DNA from: Raja brachyura
Taxonomy: Eukaryota
Assembly: GCA_963514005.1 (NCBI GenBank)
Contig: OY740804.1
Coordinates: forward strand, 23,436,001 to 23,500,000
Direction of reading: 5' to 3'
DNA: 64,000 bases
The stretch's first letter is position 1; each line of letters begins with the position of its first letter. Position numbers and translations under genes: made by a program. Positions 23,947-38,173 of this stretch are shown one piece after another. Below the pieces are notes generated by a model, which was not told the origin of the DNA, made no database searches, and worked only from the letters and a program-made list of their open reading frames with translations.

Positions 23947-26900
23947 CCGACCATCGGTCACCCGTTCAACAACTTCCATGTTATCCCACTTTCTCATCCA
24001 CTCACTACACATTACAACATTCAGTTCAGTTTAGTATATTATTGTCACGTGCTATGCAGCCTGCGAAAAGACCATACACGATTACAATCAAGACATCTAC
24101 AACATACAGATAAAGGTTAAAAGGTATAACGATTAGTGCAAGATAAAGTCCAATTAAAAATAATACGAAGGTCTCCAATGAGGTAGATGGTAGATCAGGA
24201 CCACTCTCTAGTTAGTGAAAGGATGGTTCATTTGCCTGATAATAGCTGGGAATAAACTGTCCCTGAATCTGGAGGTATCAATTTTCAAATCTCTGGACCT
24301 CTTACCTGATGGGAAAGCGGAGAAGAGGGAGTGACCTGGGTGAGGCTGGTCCTTGATTATGCTGGTGGCCTTGCTGAGGCTGGTCCCTGATTAAGCTGGT
24401 GGCCCTGCTGAGGCAATGTGAAGTGCAGAGGCCAATTCACCTGCAAACCCGCACGTCTTTGGGATGTGGGAAGAAACCGGAGCACCCGGAGGAAACCCAC
24501 GTGGTCACAGGGAGAACGTGCCAAGGATTGAACCCGGGTCTCTGGCGCTGTGAGGCAGCAGCTCTGATTTTTTCAAACGTTAGTAACATTGGAAGAACAC
24601 AACTGACTGGAATCAAAAATAAAAATTGAAAAAAATCACTCTACTCATTGTCAATAGCAATCTATTCTATATTTCCTTAAATTCAGTTGTCCATTCTGTA
24701 TTCACTTTACTTGGGCAATACTTATTGTGTATTTTTTAAATGAACAATATAGTGTTGAAATCTTGAATTATTTCATTACGCTTGTCACAGGACAACATAG
24801 CCATCTTCTGGTGACAAATAGGATCACCAGTCATCCAACATTCTAGTGTATACAGGTTGAGTGTTTGACTGACTTTTAACACAGTCTATTGTGAGTTTAT
24901 ATGTTCTCACTGTTGACCACAGGGGTGTCAGCTGGATGCTCTAGATTTCTCCCACATCCCAGAGATGCACTGTTTGGTTAGTTAACACACCATTATTAAT
25001 GACCACAAAATGCTGGAGTAACTCAGCGGGTCAGGCAGCGTCAATGGAGAACAGGGAGTGGTGTTGTTTCGGGTCAGGGCCCTTCTTCATTTACACCTCC
25101 ATTGTGTTGTAAACCAGCATCTGTACTTCCTTGTATCTACACTATTATTTGGCTCTAGTTTGTAGTAAATCTGACTATTCTGGAGGTGGTTAATGGGAAC
25201 GTGAGGAGAATAACATTTACTATCAATGGATGTGGATCCAAAGATCGTGTTTCCATGCTTTAGCATTCCATGACTGATTGATAATCAAGACAGCATAATA
25301 TTGTTTTTCAGCAACTGGAAATATTTTTATGGTATATAAAATTATAGTAGTTGTTTTATATACCGTCACTTTTGGGTTTATTTGAATTGAGTTTATTGTC
25401 ACGAGTGCTGAGGTAGAGTGAAAAACGTTTGTTGCGCATTAACCAGTCAATGGAAAGACAATGCATGATTACATTCAAGCCATCTACAGTATACAGGTAC
25501 ATGATAAAAGGGAATAATGCCAATAACATTTAGTGGAAGTTAAATTCCAGTAAAGTCTGATCAAAGATAGTCCGAGGGTCTCCAACAAGGTAGACAGTCG
25601 CTCAGGACTGCTCTCTAGTTGTTGGTAGGATGGTTCCATTGCCTGATAACAGCTGGGAAGAAACCGTCCCTGAATCTGGAGATGTGTGTTTTCGCACTTC
25701 GGTATCTCTTGCCTGATGGAAGAGGGGAGAAGAGGAAGTGACCAGGGTGAGACTGGTCCTTGATTATGCTGGTGGCCTTGCCGAGTCAGTGTGAAGTGTA
25801 ACTGGAGTCATTGGACGGGAGGTTAGTTTGTGTGATGGTCTGGGCTGCGTTTACAATTATCTGTGATTTCTTGCAGTCTTGGATGGAGCTGTTCCCAAGC
25901 CATGCTCTGATGCTTCCCGATAAAATGCCTTCTAGGGCTCAACTGTAGACGTTTGTGAGAGTTGTTGGGGACATGCCGAATTTCCTAAGCCTTCTAAGTT
26001 GGCTGTGAGGAGAAATAAGATTAGCTGTGTAGATTAACATTTTAGAGGACTGACAACGAAACACCCCACTAAATGAAAAGGAAAATGTTGTTTCAATAGA
26101 AGCAACATTTATATATAGTTTGTTGAGGATATTATCAAAGCCATCTATTCTTTCTGACAAATTGTTCAATTGTTCAAACTAACTGCCCATTAAATAGTAA
26201 TATTTTGCCCGCTGAATTTCTAGGCTGATGCACTAGAAAAGCGATTAGATATAGATTTTACTTTGTAAAACTCCAGTGTTCATAAAGTGTACATAAATAA
26301 TAGTGGAAGGAGAATCCAAATCACTATATTAATGTTAAATCGGAATAACACTGTGAACTGAAAACTAACTGCAACACGTTAATTTAAGGAACAGAAATAT
26401 TTTTAATAATATTATTTTGACCTTTATACTCTTGCTATTCTATTTGTATCAGCGATCATTCGTTCTGTCATCTGTAATCTTTTAATAAGTAGCTTTTACA
26501 CAAAGCACTTCCAATTGAAAGGAAAATTACTGTTTCAAAATTTCCACCATGAATTTCTCTTTTCTTCTATTTTTATACACTGGGTTCATCCATGGGGTGC
26601 ATAGAACCTTAGGAGATATATTTGGAATATGTGACTAGTAGAGTGTGGAATGACTAAGGTGCGTGTCTTTAGAAAACCTATGTGGTCATGTACAAACTTC
26701 ACATAGACGGCACCCATAGTCAGGATCGAACCCCAGTCTCTGATGTTTTGGGTCAGGGCACTTCTTTGGATTTATTGTTGTGGGGTGAGGAAGTTTGAAG
26801 AGAGGAATATATTTTTGCATGCTTGTATTTTTGTTGAGGATTATATTTTGTGCATGATCATTATATGTATTTGTAATCATGTATTGTGTTTCTGCTGACT

Positions 26901-29900
26901 GGATAGCACGCAAAAGCTTTTCACTCTACCTCGATAAATGTGACAATAAACTAAGCTCAAACTCAGGAGATGTACTGTTTCATTAAGATGACCAAATTAA
27001 AACAAACAAGTTGGAACTGTTAATTGAAAGGGGATTGGGGAAAAGAGTTGAAAATGGTTGCATGCAGGAAGGCATGTGGACCGATTGTATTTTGTAACAT
27101 GGAAAGATTGAGTCTAAACCAGGCGACTCTCTGTGTGCTGGTCATAGAATTGGAACTGGAATCATACATTACAATCGCTCCACTCTTTTAAATCGCTACT
27201 CCAACAGCAGCATTTCTTACTTTATTAATGCTAACGTTATTCCCTTGATCATGTATCTGTTGTACCTGTGGACAGCACAATTGTAATCATGTATTGTCTT
27301 TCCGCTGACTGGTTACCATGCAACAAAAACTTTTCATTGCACATCAGTACACAATGCAATAACCTAACCAAAACATGAAATAAATAACTTTATTGTAGGT
27401 TTGTGATCAATCAAAATTGTAGCAAGGCAAATGTGAGTCAAACACATAAATAAAATTGTTCAAGCTGAATTCTTGCTTACTGAAGACCAGATTGTGAGAG
27501 AAGGATATACAGCCTATTGCTGAGATGACGGCACACAATGTATCTGCAAGGCCATATTAATGAGAGTGGAAAACAAAGGGAAGTTCTGGAGGCAAACGAT
27601 TTTGGCCAAGAGATTGATCTTGGATAGACATAAAATGCTGGAGTAACTCAGCAGGCCAATCAGCATATCTGGAGAGAAGACCCTTCTTCAGACTGAGAGT
27701 CAGCCAAGAGGAAGTCCAGAGATTGGAAAGAAGATGGCTGAAGAAGGGGTCCCGTTCCTTTTCTCCACGAGATGCAATATGGATTCAAGAGAGTTGGATA
27801 TAGCTCTAGGGCTAGTGGAGTCAAGGGATCTGGGGAGAAGGCAGGCACGGGTTATTGATAGCGGACGATAAGCCATGATTACAATGAATGGTGGTGCTGG
27901 CACGAATGGCCTCCTCCTGCACCTATTTTCTATGTTTCTATGCTTCCTGACCCCACTGAGTTACTTCAGCACTTTATGTCTACTCTTGGTTTAAGGTTTA
28001 GGTTGTATATTATTGTCACGTGTACCGAATTTCTGGCATTGTTAGAGATAGACAATAATAAACTAAACAGTGAAAAGCTTTGTTTTGCATGGAATCCAAT
28101 CAGATCAGATAAATAATAGTCAAAACTCAAGGGCATTAGGTAGAGCAAAGGGGAAGATACAGAGTGCGGAATGTAATTCTCAGCATTGTAATGCACCCGT
28201 TCGAGAGACCTGCAGTGGGTTAGAGAGAAATTGGACAGTACCCTGCCAGTTGCAGCTCACACTTCATAACACACACTTACCTCTACAATACCCCCATCAA
28301 CACCTTTTCCCGCCACTGGGTGGCACAGTGGGGTAGCTGGTGGAGCTGCTGCCTCACAGCGCTAGACCCGTGTTCCATCCTGACCTCAGGTGCTGCCTGT
28401 GTGTGGAGTTTGCGCGTTCTCCCTGTGACTGCGTGACTTTCCTCCGGCTGCTCCGGCTTCCTCCCACGTCGCAGAGACGTAAGGGTTTGTAGGTTAATTA
28501 CCCCTAACAAGTAAGGAGTGGAGAAGAACGTGGGATAACATAGAATTAATGTGGATAAGACACAAAGTACTGAAGTAACTCAGTGGGCCAGGCAGCATCT
28601 CAGGAGAAAGCAGATGGGTGACGTTTCAGGTCGAGACCCTTCTTTAGGCTGTATCTACATTTGGAATAAACCAGCATCTGCAGTTGCTTTCTACACAGAG
28701 AATTAATGTGAACAGGTGAGTGATGATCGGTGAGCACTCAGTGGCCGAAGCGCCTGTTTCTGTTCTGTATCTGGAAACTAAACACTACACCCAAAACCAA
28801 CTACTTTGCCACACCTGGTTAAAACTGTGACAGTTTGAAGAGAGCCAACTTGGCCTAGTAAGCTCTTTTGATCTCATTTAAGGAACATGTTGCTCTTCAA
28901 AGTGCAGAAAAGATTAACGAGATACATTACTGACATGATGCGAGTTGTCCTCCGAGAAAAGATTGAGCAGGTTCTGTTAGGTTCATCACAAATTGCGGTG
29001 CTGGGTCAAAGGGCCAAATGGCCTCATCCTGCACCTATTATCTATGTTAATAATAAATGCTTGCATTAAAACAGCTAATATTCTGAGGGTGTTAATAACT
29101 GTGGTGATGTGTCGTAAATTATGTTTCAGCTCTCAGGCTGAACTGAAGGAAAGGGATTATTTTTCCAAGGACTAGGGGCAACACAGTGGTAGAGTTGCTG
29201 CCGTTCAGTGCCAGAGACCCGGATTCGATCCTGACTACGGAACGTTGTTTGTACGTTCTCCCTGTGCTCCAGTTTCCTCCCACACGCCAAAGACATACAG
29301 GTTTGTAGGTTAATTGGCTTCGGTAAAATTGGCCTAGGGTGTAGGATAGTGTTAGCGTATGGGGTGATCGACGGTCGGCTGGGCCGAAGGGACTGTGTGC
29401 GCTGTATCTCTAAAGTCTAAACACTATTCACCACCTCAGCATAGAAAATAGGTGCAGGAGGCCATTCGGCCCTTCAGCCAGCACTGCCATTCATTGTGAT
29501 CATGGCTGATCGTCCGCTATCAATAACCCGTGCCTGCATCCTCTCCATATCCCTTGATTCCACTAGCCCCTAGAGCTCTATGCAACTCTCTCTTAAATCC
29601 AGGTGATGAACTTCTATGGACTGTGTCTTCAGTTGCACTACATATTTGAATCCGGGTTACCTAGTATTACGGTCCTTAATTTATTTTATTATCGTACTTT
29701 CATTTGGGTATTATTGTATTAACGGGCTAGCTAAGCTAGCGAGAAGGGTACCGACCCAAATGTCACTTATCCATGCTCTCCAGGGATGCTGTCTGACCTG
29801 CTGAGTTACTCCAGCACTTTGTGTCCTTCTTTGCATGGAAGAATTTCTTTGTTCTATTACCAGTACATATGACAATTAAACTGTCTGATCTCTTGACTTA

Positions 29901-30099
29901 CCTAGATATTTCTTCATGAAAATGCAGGTACAGGCCTAAGTTGACTTTTTTCAATAGATGTTACCAAAGAGATTCTCCTCGATGCCTTTAAATGCACTGG
30001 AATTCATCTGCGCTACCAAAGAGGGGCAGCAATGAGAGTGGCCTATTGAACACTGACATACTGAGTGGAGCCATTAAAATTAGAACGTCTTCATTTCTA

Positions 30100-30896
30100 G
30101 ATCACCACATTTAATTCTCAAGAGAAAATATAGCCTCAGACAGTTGGATTGTAATAGATCAGAGGTAAAAGTACAGTTTTGCAAGTGTCAATTCTCTTTC
30201 TTTTTCCTGAACCATTACAGCTCTTATAAACAGTACTAGAAAGCAAATAATCTTACTTTCTACAATAAATACATGAACATCCTGTGTAGCACAGTGGACA
30301 CGCAGCTAATTTTAGGTCCCTAGATATGTCAACGTCATTGATATAATAGCCCGAATACATTAAAAACCAAAATCAAAAATGCAATAAAAAGTGTTTTAAA
30401 GTTGTACTACACAGTATACACAGGTCACAAGTCCACTGCATTTAACAGAACAAATACTTTCAAACGTCAAATGGTATTGTTTCTCAAATAAATTACAGTG
30501 TGTGCGTACAAAACCCATTACCATCACAGAGAAGCAAAAGATTCATATTTGCAGCCTTGAATAATTTAGTGTATAACAATATAATACAGTTATGTACATG
30601 TTTTCTCTTCCCCTCGACGTCGACACAAAGGCATTATAAACACTATCAACAGGATCTGTATTCGTAAGTTTAAAGCATGATTTATGTTTAAATGAAGTAA
30701 ACGTGACAAGAACAAGTCAAAGAAAGGTCATATAAGAATTGGCGGTGCCAGAGGCTCTGTGTCGATCTGCTTAAAAGTATGAAAAAATAAAGAAAGTGTA
30801 TTTAGTTTTTACAAATGAGCAGAAATTAAGGTCTTTGATGCCTGATGTCACATCGTACAATCTCCTTTTGCAACTTTGGTTATGTTTTTATCTCAG
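30100..30896 (-). other. BRPF3: Probable BRPF3 3' UTR
   Basis: Repeat-free, U-rich (on minus) stretch after the stop; Pumilio-type TGTACATA at 30591-30598; candidate ATTAAA at 30110-30115. The 3' end is not determined. Confidence 0.45.
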
Positions 30897-31080
30897 TCAC
30901 ATGTAGTTTGAGGTGAGGAACCCGTGCTCCCCGCGTACTCTGCTCAAATGGATCATGGCTCGGTCGTATGCAATTTGAACAGATTTTCGGATGCTCGATT
31001 TACGCCCTTCCATCATTTTCAATTTGTCCACTGTGTCATCAATACCAAGAGGAAGCAACTTTGATCGAGGAAGCCACTGC
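30897..31080 (-). CDS. BRPF3: BRPF3 last coding exon (PWWP C-terminus, stop TGA)
   Basis: tcacag|GCAG...ATG TGA; [60 protein letters not shown]. This C-terminus resembles BRPF3 more than BRPF1 or BRD1. Confidence 0.93.
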
Positions 31081-32095
31081 CTGTGAATAGATACAACGAG
31101 AGATTAGACGGGTTCCAAAACAAACTGGACAGGAATAAATAAAAAGGACACAAAGTGCTGGAGAAACCCAGCGGGTCAGGAAGCATCCCTGGAGGTCGGC
31201 AATGGGAACGGATTTGCCAGCTCCAGCCGGGCCAGAGTTACACAGCATCGACCGCAAGAGGCTGATTCGACCCGTCAATCGGCACGAAAGTCCCGATGAG
31301 GTAGAAATCGGACGCCACACCCAGCCTAGACACCACATGTTGGGGGGACTTAAGTGTGCTCTCATAATTTTGTCCAGATTAAATGAGGTGCCGGACCACC
31401 AGGTGCCCAAAAATCGATGGTGGACCTGTAATTGACCAAATTTATTTTTGATTCTCTGCCTCAGAGGGAATTCTCTGCCTCAGAGGGCAGTGGAGACCAG
31501 TTCTCTGGATACTTTCAAGAGAGCGCTAGATAGGGCTCTTAAAAATAGCGGTGTCAGGGAATATGGGGAGAAGGCAGGAACGGGGTACTGATTGAGGATG
31601 ATCAACCATGATCACATTGAATGACGGTGCTGGCTTGAAGGGCCGAATGGCCTACTCCTGCACCTATTATCTATTGATCTTCCACGTCATTGTTCATCAT
31701 TAGCCGGGGAATGACATGTGGAAGCTGGTCAATGCAAGGGTATAGAACGGAGTTGAGGGCACTTCGTAACAGAGCAAAACACCAGATACAACTATTTTAT
31801 ATCATATTAAATCAGGACCTTACGAGAAGGTTTAGAAAGTTGTCAAAGCCGCACCTTTGACATCATATACAAGAGACTACAGATGCTGAAACCTTGAGCA
31901 AAAGACAAAGTAATGGTGGAACTTAGCATCTACGGACTGAAATGGATAAGATGGCGTTTTGTGTCGGTACCTTTCTTCAGACCTGAAAAGTCACCTTTCC
32001 ATATTCTTCAAGATTCTGTCTGACCTGCTGACTTACTCAGGCATTCTGCTTCTTTTTTATTTTATAAACCAGCAAAAACAGTTTAAAATACTTAC

Positions 32096-32250
32096 CATGT
32101 TCTTTTGTTGTCAAAAAATAAAACTAGATATAATTTTTCTCCAGCTTCAGCGTGCATTTGTTCTCCTAGTTTGATGACATCCAGTGGAGGTACAGGTATG
32201 GGGACACCGTTGTGATATAAACCATCTCGAGGCATATTCGAATCTATGAT
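32096..32250 (-). CDS. BRPF3: BRPF3 coding exon (PWWP)
   Basis: ttgtag|ATC...ACATG|gtaagt; 155 bp; [51 protein letters not shown](W). Confidence 0.95.
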
Positions 32251-32974
32251 CTACAAAGTAAACATTGCAGAATATAAGGAAACATTATATTGTATTTGTA
32301 CAATGCCAGACATGAGCTCTGGGTCAGTCTCTTCATACCCAATCAATACTTCAGAGGGCGACACAGTGCACAGCTGGTAGAGGTGCTGCCTCACAGCATC
32401 AGAGTTCAATCCCGACTACCTATGCTGTGTGGAGTATGGACGTTCTCCCTGTGACTGCGTGGGTTTCCTCAGGGTGCTCCGGTTTCCTCCCACAATTGGC
32501 CTCTGTAAATTGCAGCTAGTGTGAAGGGAGTGGATGAGAAAGTGTGATATCATAGAAATAGTGTTAATGGGTAATCTGTGGTCGGCATGGACTCGGTGGG
32601 CCGAAGGACCTGTTTCCATGCCGTGTTGTTATATGAATATAGTATATACATGGCGTAGTCCGACAAATTAAATCAATCGCCAATTCATATTATTTTCACA
32701 ATGCTGGCAAATAGATATCTTTTAGTCTTTTACTGTTTTAGTGGAGATTCAGCATGGAAACGGGCCTTTCAGCCCACCGAGTCAACGCCAACCACTCATC
32801 ACACATTCACACTGGTTCTATGTTAACCCACATTTGCATCCACTTCCCACACAGTCAGGATAATTTAGAGGCCAATTAACCTCGAAAAACCCACATGTCT
32901 ATGGAAATGGGAGGAGACTGAAGCACGCAGAGGAACCCCACATGGTAACAGGAAGAAAGTGCAAACTCCACACA

Positions 32975-34010
32975 TAGAAACATAGAAAAATAGGTGCAGG
33001 AGTAGGCCATTCTGCCCTTCAAGCCTGCACCGCCATTCAATGTGATCATGGCTGATCATCCAACTCAGTATCCCGTACCTGCCTTCTCTCCATACCCCCT
33101 GATCCCTTTAGCCACAAGTGCCACATCTAACGGCCTCTTAAATATAGCCAATGAACTGACCTCAACTACCTTCTGTGGCAGAGAATTCCAGAGACTCACC
33201 ACTCTCTGTGTAAAGAATGTTTTCCTCATCTCGGTCCTAAAGGAATTCCCCCTTATCCTTAGACTGTGACCCCTTGTTCTGGACTCCCCCAACATCGGGA
33301 ACAATCTTCCAGCATCTAGCTTGTCCAACCCCTTAAGAATTTTGTACGTTTCTATAAGATCCCCCCTCAATCTTCTAAATTCCAGCGAGTACAAGCCGAG
33401 TCTATCCAATCTTTCCTCATATGAAAGTCCTGACATCCCAGGAATCAGTCTGGTAGCACCCGAGGATAGAATAGGATAGGACAGACAGCAACCGAGGATA
33501 GAATAGAACGCTGGTCTTCGGCATGGTGCGACATCATCTCTACCTGCTGCGTCACTGTGCTGCCTTGTCAATCTTTTTTTTACACCCACCGGAGAGCGCA
33601 CAATGCCCAAGTCCAAAGTCACATCTGAAATACAGCACTTCCAGCAGTCAATACTACAGGAATGTACTCTCTCACCTGAAACCTGTGCCCAGAGTTTCTT
33701 GATTCCCCTACTGTGGATAAAAGATCCTGTGCATCAACCCTATGTATCCCCCTCATGATCTTATATACACGTATAAGATCACCCCTTATTCTCCTGCGCT
33801 CCCAGGAATAAAGTCCTGTCCTGCCCAGCCGCCCACTAAAACTGGAACACTCAAGTCCTGGCAACATCCTCGTGAATCGCCTCGGCACTCTTTCCAACTT
33901 AACAACATCTTTCCTATAGCAGGGTGACCAAAACTGAACACAATACTCCAAATGTGGCCTCAACTATATCTTGTATGACTTTAACACAACATCCCAACTG
34001 TTATTCTCAA
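32975..34010 (-). mobile_element. Two CR1/HER1-like LINE 3' fragments
   Basis: ORFs 33065-33622 and 33619-33963 carry CR1 C-terminal motifs; (CTATGTTT)n tail. Confidence 0.88.
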
Positions 34011-34116
34011 CTTCTATATTAATTTTGGGCTTGTTATTTTTGGCTGCCGCACATTAGTAGCAATATTGCTTCATGTGGGGTAATATATTTTAATGAAATT
34101 ACAGATTTTGACTTAC

Positions 34117-34214
34117 CAATGCTGGATAAGAAGGGTACCCTCTGCATTTGGCCCAAACTAGTTCCAGAGGTTCTAAGATAGCATCATTTTCAAAAGGTAT
34201 CCAGACTCCCCTCC
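34117..34214 (-). CDS. BRPF3: BRPF3 coding exon (PWWP domain start)
   Basis: ttatag|GGAGG...TTG|gtaagt; 98 bp; [33 protein letters not shown]. Confidence 0.95.
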
Positions 34215-35183
34215 CTATAAATATGAAAGGACAAAAACAGTAGCATATATTATCTTACAATTTCACATATTGTAGATTGAAATAACACATGTCACAACAA
34301 TAAAAAGCTCCTCAGATAAATTTTGATATACCTTCCCCTTCGATAAAAAAAAATTATATTGGCATTAATTGCATTTATTTCCGCTGCTCGTTTGTAATAT
34401 AAGGTCTAACATCCCTATTTTAAATAAAATGGCATCTATTTTTACTGTATTTTAAATCTATCAAAAATAAGACACTGGAGCAAATAATGCCGGGGTAACT
34501 CAGCGAGTCAAGCAACATCTCTGGAGAACATGGATAGGTGACGTTTCGGGTTGGGACGTCCGAAGAAGGTTCCCAACCTGAGACGTCACATATCTATGTA
34601 CACCAGAGATGTTGTCTGACCCGCTGAGTGATTCGTGTGCTTAGGATCCTTTTTTCTACCAAAAATAAGTTCCATTGACAGAATAATCAGGATGAGAAAG
34701 ATGTACAATTGGATATCCATTAAATAAACCAGTTTAATGTTTTGGACCTTTTAACATTTTCTTCATAAAAGCTAAGTAAGGGGACCATAAAACAGAGAAA
34801 GTATCTCCAGTAGAAAACTCATTAATTCCATACCGCAACGATCATTTTCATGATAAACTATTTTTTACAAATTCCACAATCAGTGATGTGAATCACATTA
34901 AAACACTTCACAGCACACCATGAATGAAATATTTAAAAAATTAAATAGGGTCTTTCTGTCTTTCCCAAATCACATTTTTTTCCTTATTGAGATGCCTTGC
35001 CAAGAATTCTAACAAGAAGAGCTGAACATTGGTAGAATTATAAAAGCAAGCATCCCTTATTCTTCTGGCATGCTTTGCAATGCCTCATTGGCAACAGTAA
35101 TTTCACAGCCACCTATTTCTTACAACTTTATTCTTACAGTCAATTAATTCTTAGCTTAAAGTGCTTATTGCTATGCACTATAC

Positions 35184-35290
35184 CTGATGTGCTGTAATCT
35201 CCACAGGATACATCCCCATTGCCATTATCAAGACAATGGGCTCGTGCAAGAGCTGGCTTCCCTCGGCTACGTTTGGGTGGAGACAAGCCA
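35184..35290 (-). CDS. BRPF3: BRPF3 coding exon
   Basis: ttttag|TGGC...TCAG|gtatag; 107 bp, phase 2-1; GLSPPKRSRGKPALARAHCLDNGNGDVSCGDYSTS. Confidence 0.92.
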
Positions 35291-37140
35291 CTAAAAGAGG
35301 AGAAGCAACATTGATCAATTATGAAGATAATGGACACAAGCCTACGTTGAGGACACAAAGTGCTGGAGTAACACAGAGGGTCAGGCGGCACCTGCGGAGA
35401 ACATGAATATGTGACAGTTCATGTCGGGACCCTGCTTCGAACCCAAAGGGTCCCCCACCTGAAATGTCACCCATCCATGTTCTCCAGAGATGCTGCTGGC
35501 CTGCTGTTCCTCCAGCACTTTGTATCCTTTTGCATCTCCATTTCCTTGTTCCCACTTTGGGGACCAATATCGAAGGAACTCAAGTCAACCAATATGACGT
35601 AGCATACAATAGTTGTCAACTTGGAGAGGAACATTCAACCATAAAATGAAAGTTCATTTTGCTATGCAAAGTGGAATACATCTGTTTCACCTCCTGTGGT
35701 TCTAAATAATAACTTTCACACTGGGGACCGAAAACATTTTTCTTGCTAATTCCTGTGTAATGCAAGTACATCTTTTGAGTGTTGGGACAACTATGATAAC
35801 CCAGAGTACTGTACATCAGTCGGAGGAAGGGTCCCAACCTGAAACGTCACCTATTCATGTTCTCCGGAGATGTTGTGTAACCTGCTGAGTTACTCCAGCT
35901 CTTTGTCTCTTTTTACTCTCCATATAGTATTTTGCTTTTGGATACTAGCTCAAAACTTGCAAATTAATATCAATAAATTAAAAATGTTTGACAAGGTCTA
36001 TACCCAGATAATTTTGTAGTATTTCGGTTTAAGGAACTTTGTGTTTAAGAAAGCACAAAGCATGCCACTGGTTCATTAACAGCATACAAATATGCTCTAG
36101 TACATTGCTTATGTATTAAACTATTGTTTTACTTCGGAGTCACGCGAGTGACTTTGTGAAGACCCCGCCAGCACGCATGCGCGGGCATATCGTCGACCGC
36201 ATACGAAGCGACAGGCAGGGAGGAGGGACGCTCCTCCACCGGAACGGACCGGCAGGTAAGGGACTTTCAGGGACTCTGTGGGACAAAGAGTACCCCACCA
36301 ACGGGCCGCCTCAAGAGACTGACTGCGGACCGCGGACAATCAGCGGCGGCAGAACTCTCACAGAAGACGGGCAGCCCGCTGACCCGGCAGGGTCCGGGCT
36401 CACACTTGCCGTTCACAGATAGCGACGGCAGAGCGGCAGCCCCGACTTTAACACCGCAGCCCGCAGGATCACCGCGGACTGACGGCTTCAATACTCACCG
36501 GGAAGTCGGGAACCGGCAGGGTCCGGGCTCACAGACTCGCCGTTCGCAGGTAGTGACGGCAGAGCTGCAGCCCCGACTTAACACCGCAGCCCCAGCAGGA
36601 TCACCGCGGACTGACGGCAACGCTACCCAGAAGTCGGGAGCTCCGAGACAGAGCCGGGGCCCCGATTCAAATATAACCAACAGGTAAGTTGTACTAACCT
36701 TGAGTTGGTTGGGTTTCTGTATTGTTTAAATCCCTTACAGAAACTTCGTAATGCAGAAAAGGAGCAAAAAGAAGGCTGCTTCAAGCATGCCATTGAAGAT
36801 CGCGGGACTTCAGAGCGAGGTCGACGGCCAACATTCCCGGAACTGACCGTTGATTTCCGGCAGCACCCGTACCTCGGGCCGGGAAAACAGTGCAGAAGTC
36901 AGGGAGCCCCACTCAGTCAGGACCCGACTCTCCACTGCAGCAGTCCAGGGAGCTGCATACTAGCGGTAGGACAGCGCAGGATCAGGGTAGTTAAGACCCC
37001 GACTCCCCTCCGCTTCAGTCTGTACGAAAACAGACCAGGGCAAAAAAGTGCGGAAGACGGAGCCCGGTTAAGGGACACCCCGACTCACCACATCAGTTCG
37101 CAAGAGGGCGGACCAGTGGCAAAACTAAACACAAGTCGAG

Positions 37141-37512
37141 TAGCCCCGCAGGAGCGGCTGGCACCGACTCTCCACCGATTCAGTCCGCTAGACTGTGGAC
37201 CAGTGGCAAAACCACACAAAAGTCATGTAGCCTCGCAGGAGCGGCTGGCACCGACTTTGCGTCGCATTAGTCCCGAAGACACGGGACTGGCAGCAAGCCC
37301 GCGCGGATGTCGTGTAGCCCCGCTGGAGCGGCTGGCACCGACTCCTCACCTTCGCAGTCGCAATAGACAGGCGGAAAAACCAATAGGAGGTTGTGTAGCC
37401 CCGCAGGATTGGCTGGCACCAGCTCTCCACCGCTTCAGTCCGGAAGACCGTGGACAAGCGGCAAATCCACGTGGGAGTCGTGTAGCCCCGTAGTAGCAGC
37501 TGGCACCGACCA
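37141..37512 (+). repeat. In-frame tandem repeat (87/87/81/87-bp spacing) inside the DIRS gag-like region
   Basis: TAGCCCCGCAGGAGCGGCTGGCACCGACT-like units at 37141, 37228, 37315, 37396, 37483; peptide VAPQERLAPTLHRFSP... Confidence 0.85.
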
Positions 37513-38173
37513 CCTACCTCTGTCCCATAGACATCACCTCGACGAGGTGCGGACTGTTGGTAGAGGCCCCATTTGTTCATCAGAACTTGGGGAACACGAC
37601 TTGCCATCCGCAGATAGCGGCGGCGGTCGCATAGCTCGAATGGAGCGCATGGTTGAGCAGCTGCTCAAAAGGGACCTACTCCATCAGGAGCGTACGTCCC
37701 TAGGATCCTGAAGATCCACGCCAGGTCAGTCGACGGTATGGACATGATGGAAGAGCAGCAGGATGCATCCATGAAGCGTATGCTCCGCAATATGCAATAT
37801 GAGCTCAATTGCTTCGGAAAAGCTCTATCCGTCCTACACTCAACCCCAAAAATTGCGGGTTTGTGTAAGGCCACCGCTACGCCACCACCAAGACAGTTGT
37901 TTGGTGATGACCTGCCCAAACAGGTGAAAGACCTAGACGAGGAAGTTAAAGCGGTAGGTTTGATAAAACCGCCTTCCTCTGGCAGACCTCCAGCGTATCG
38001 TCGGCAGCATCCATATGCAACATCTAAAAGGCCCGGGAAACCCGATAGAGTGAGGGGAGCAAACCCAAAGGTCGCGCCTTATCATCAGAGGCCTGTTTAA
38101 GCCAAGGCCCACAGCGACCAGCCTGAAAAATGCGTCAACCCCACACCCCAGCAACCCAAGAAAGGACAGAAAC

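Noticed and set aside
37141-37512. Repeat-spacer-like array resembling CRISPR
   Set aside because: The linkers are homologous to each other, the spacing keeps frame, it lies inside a DIRS ORF, there are no cas genes, and the context is vertebrate.
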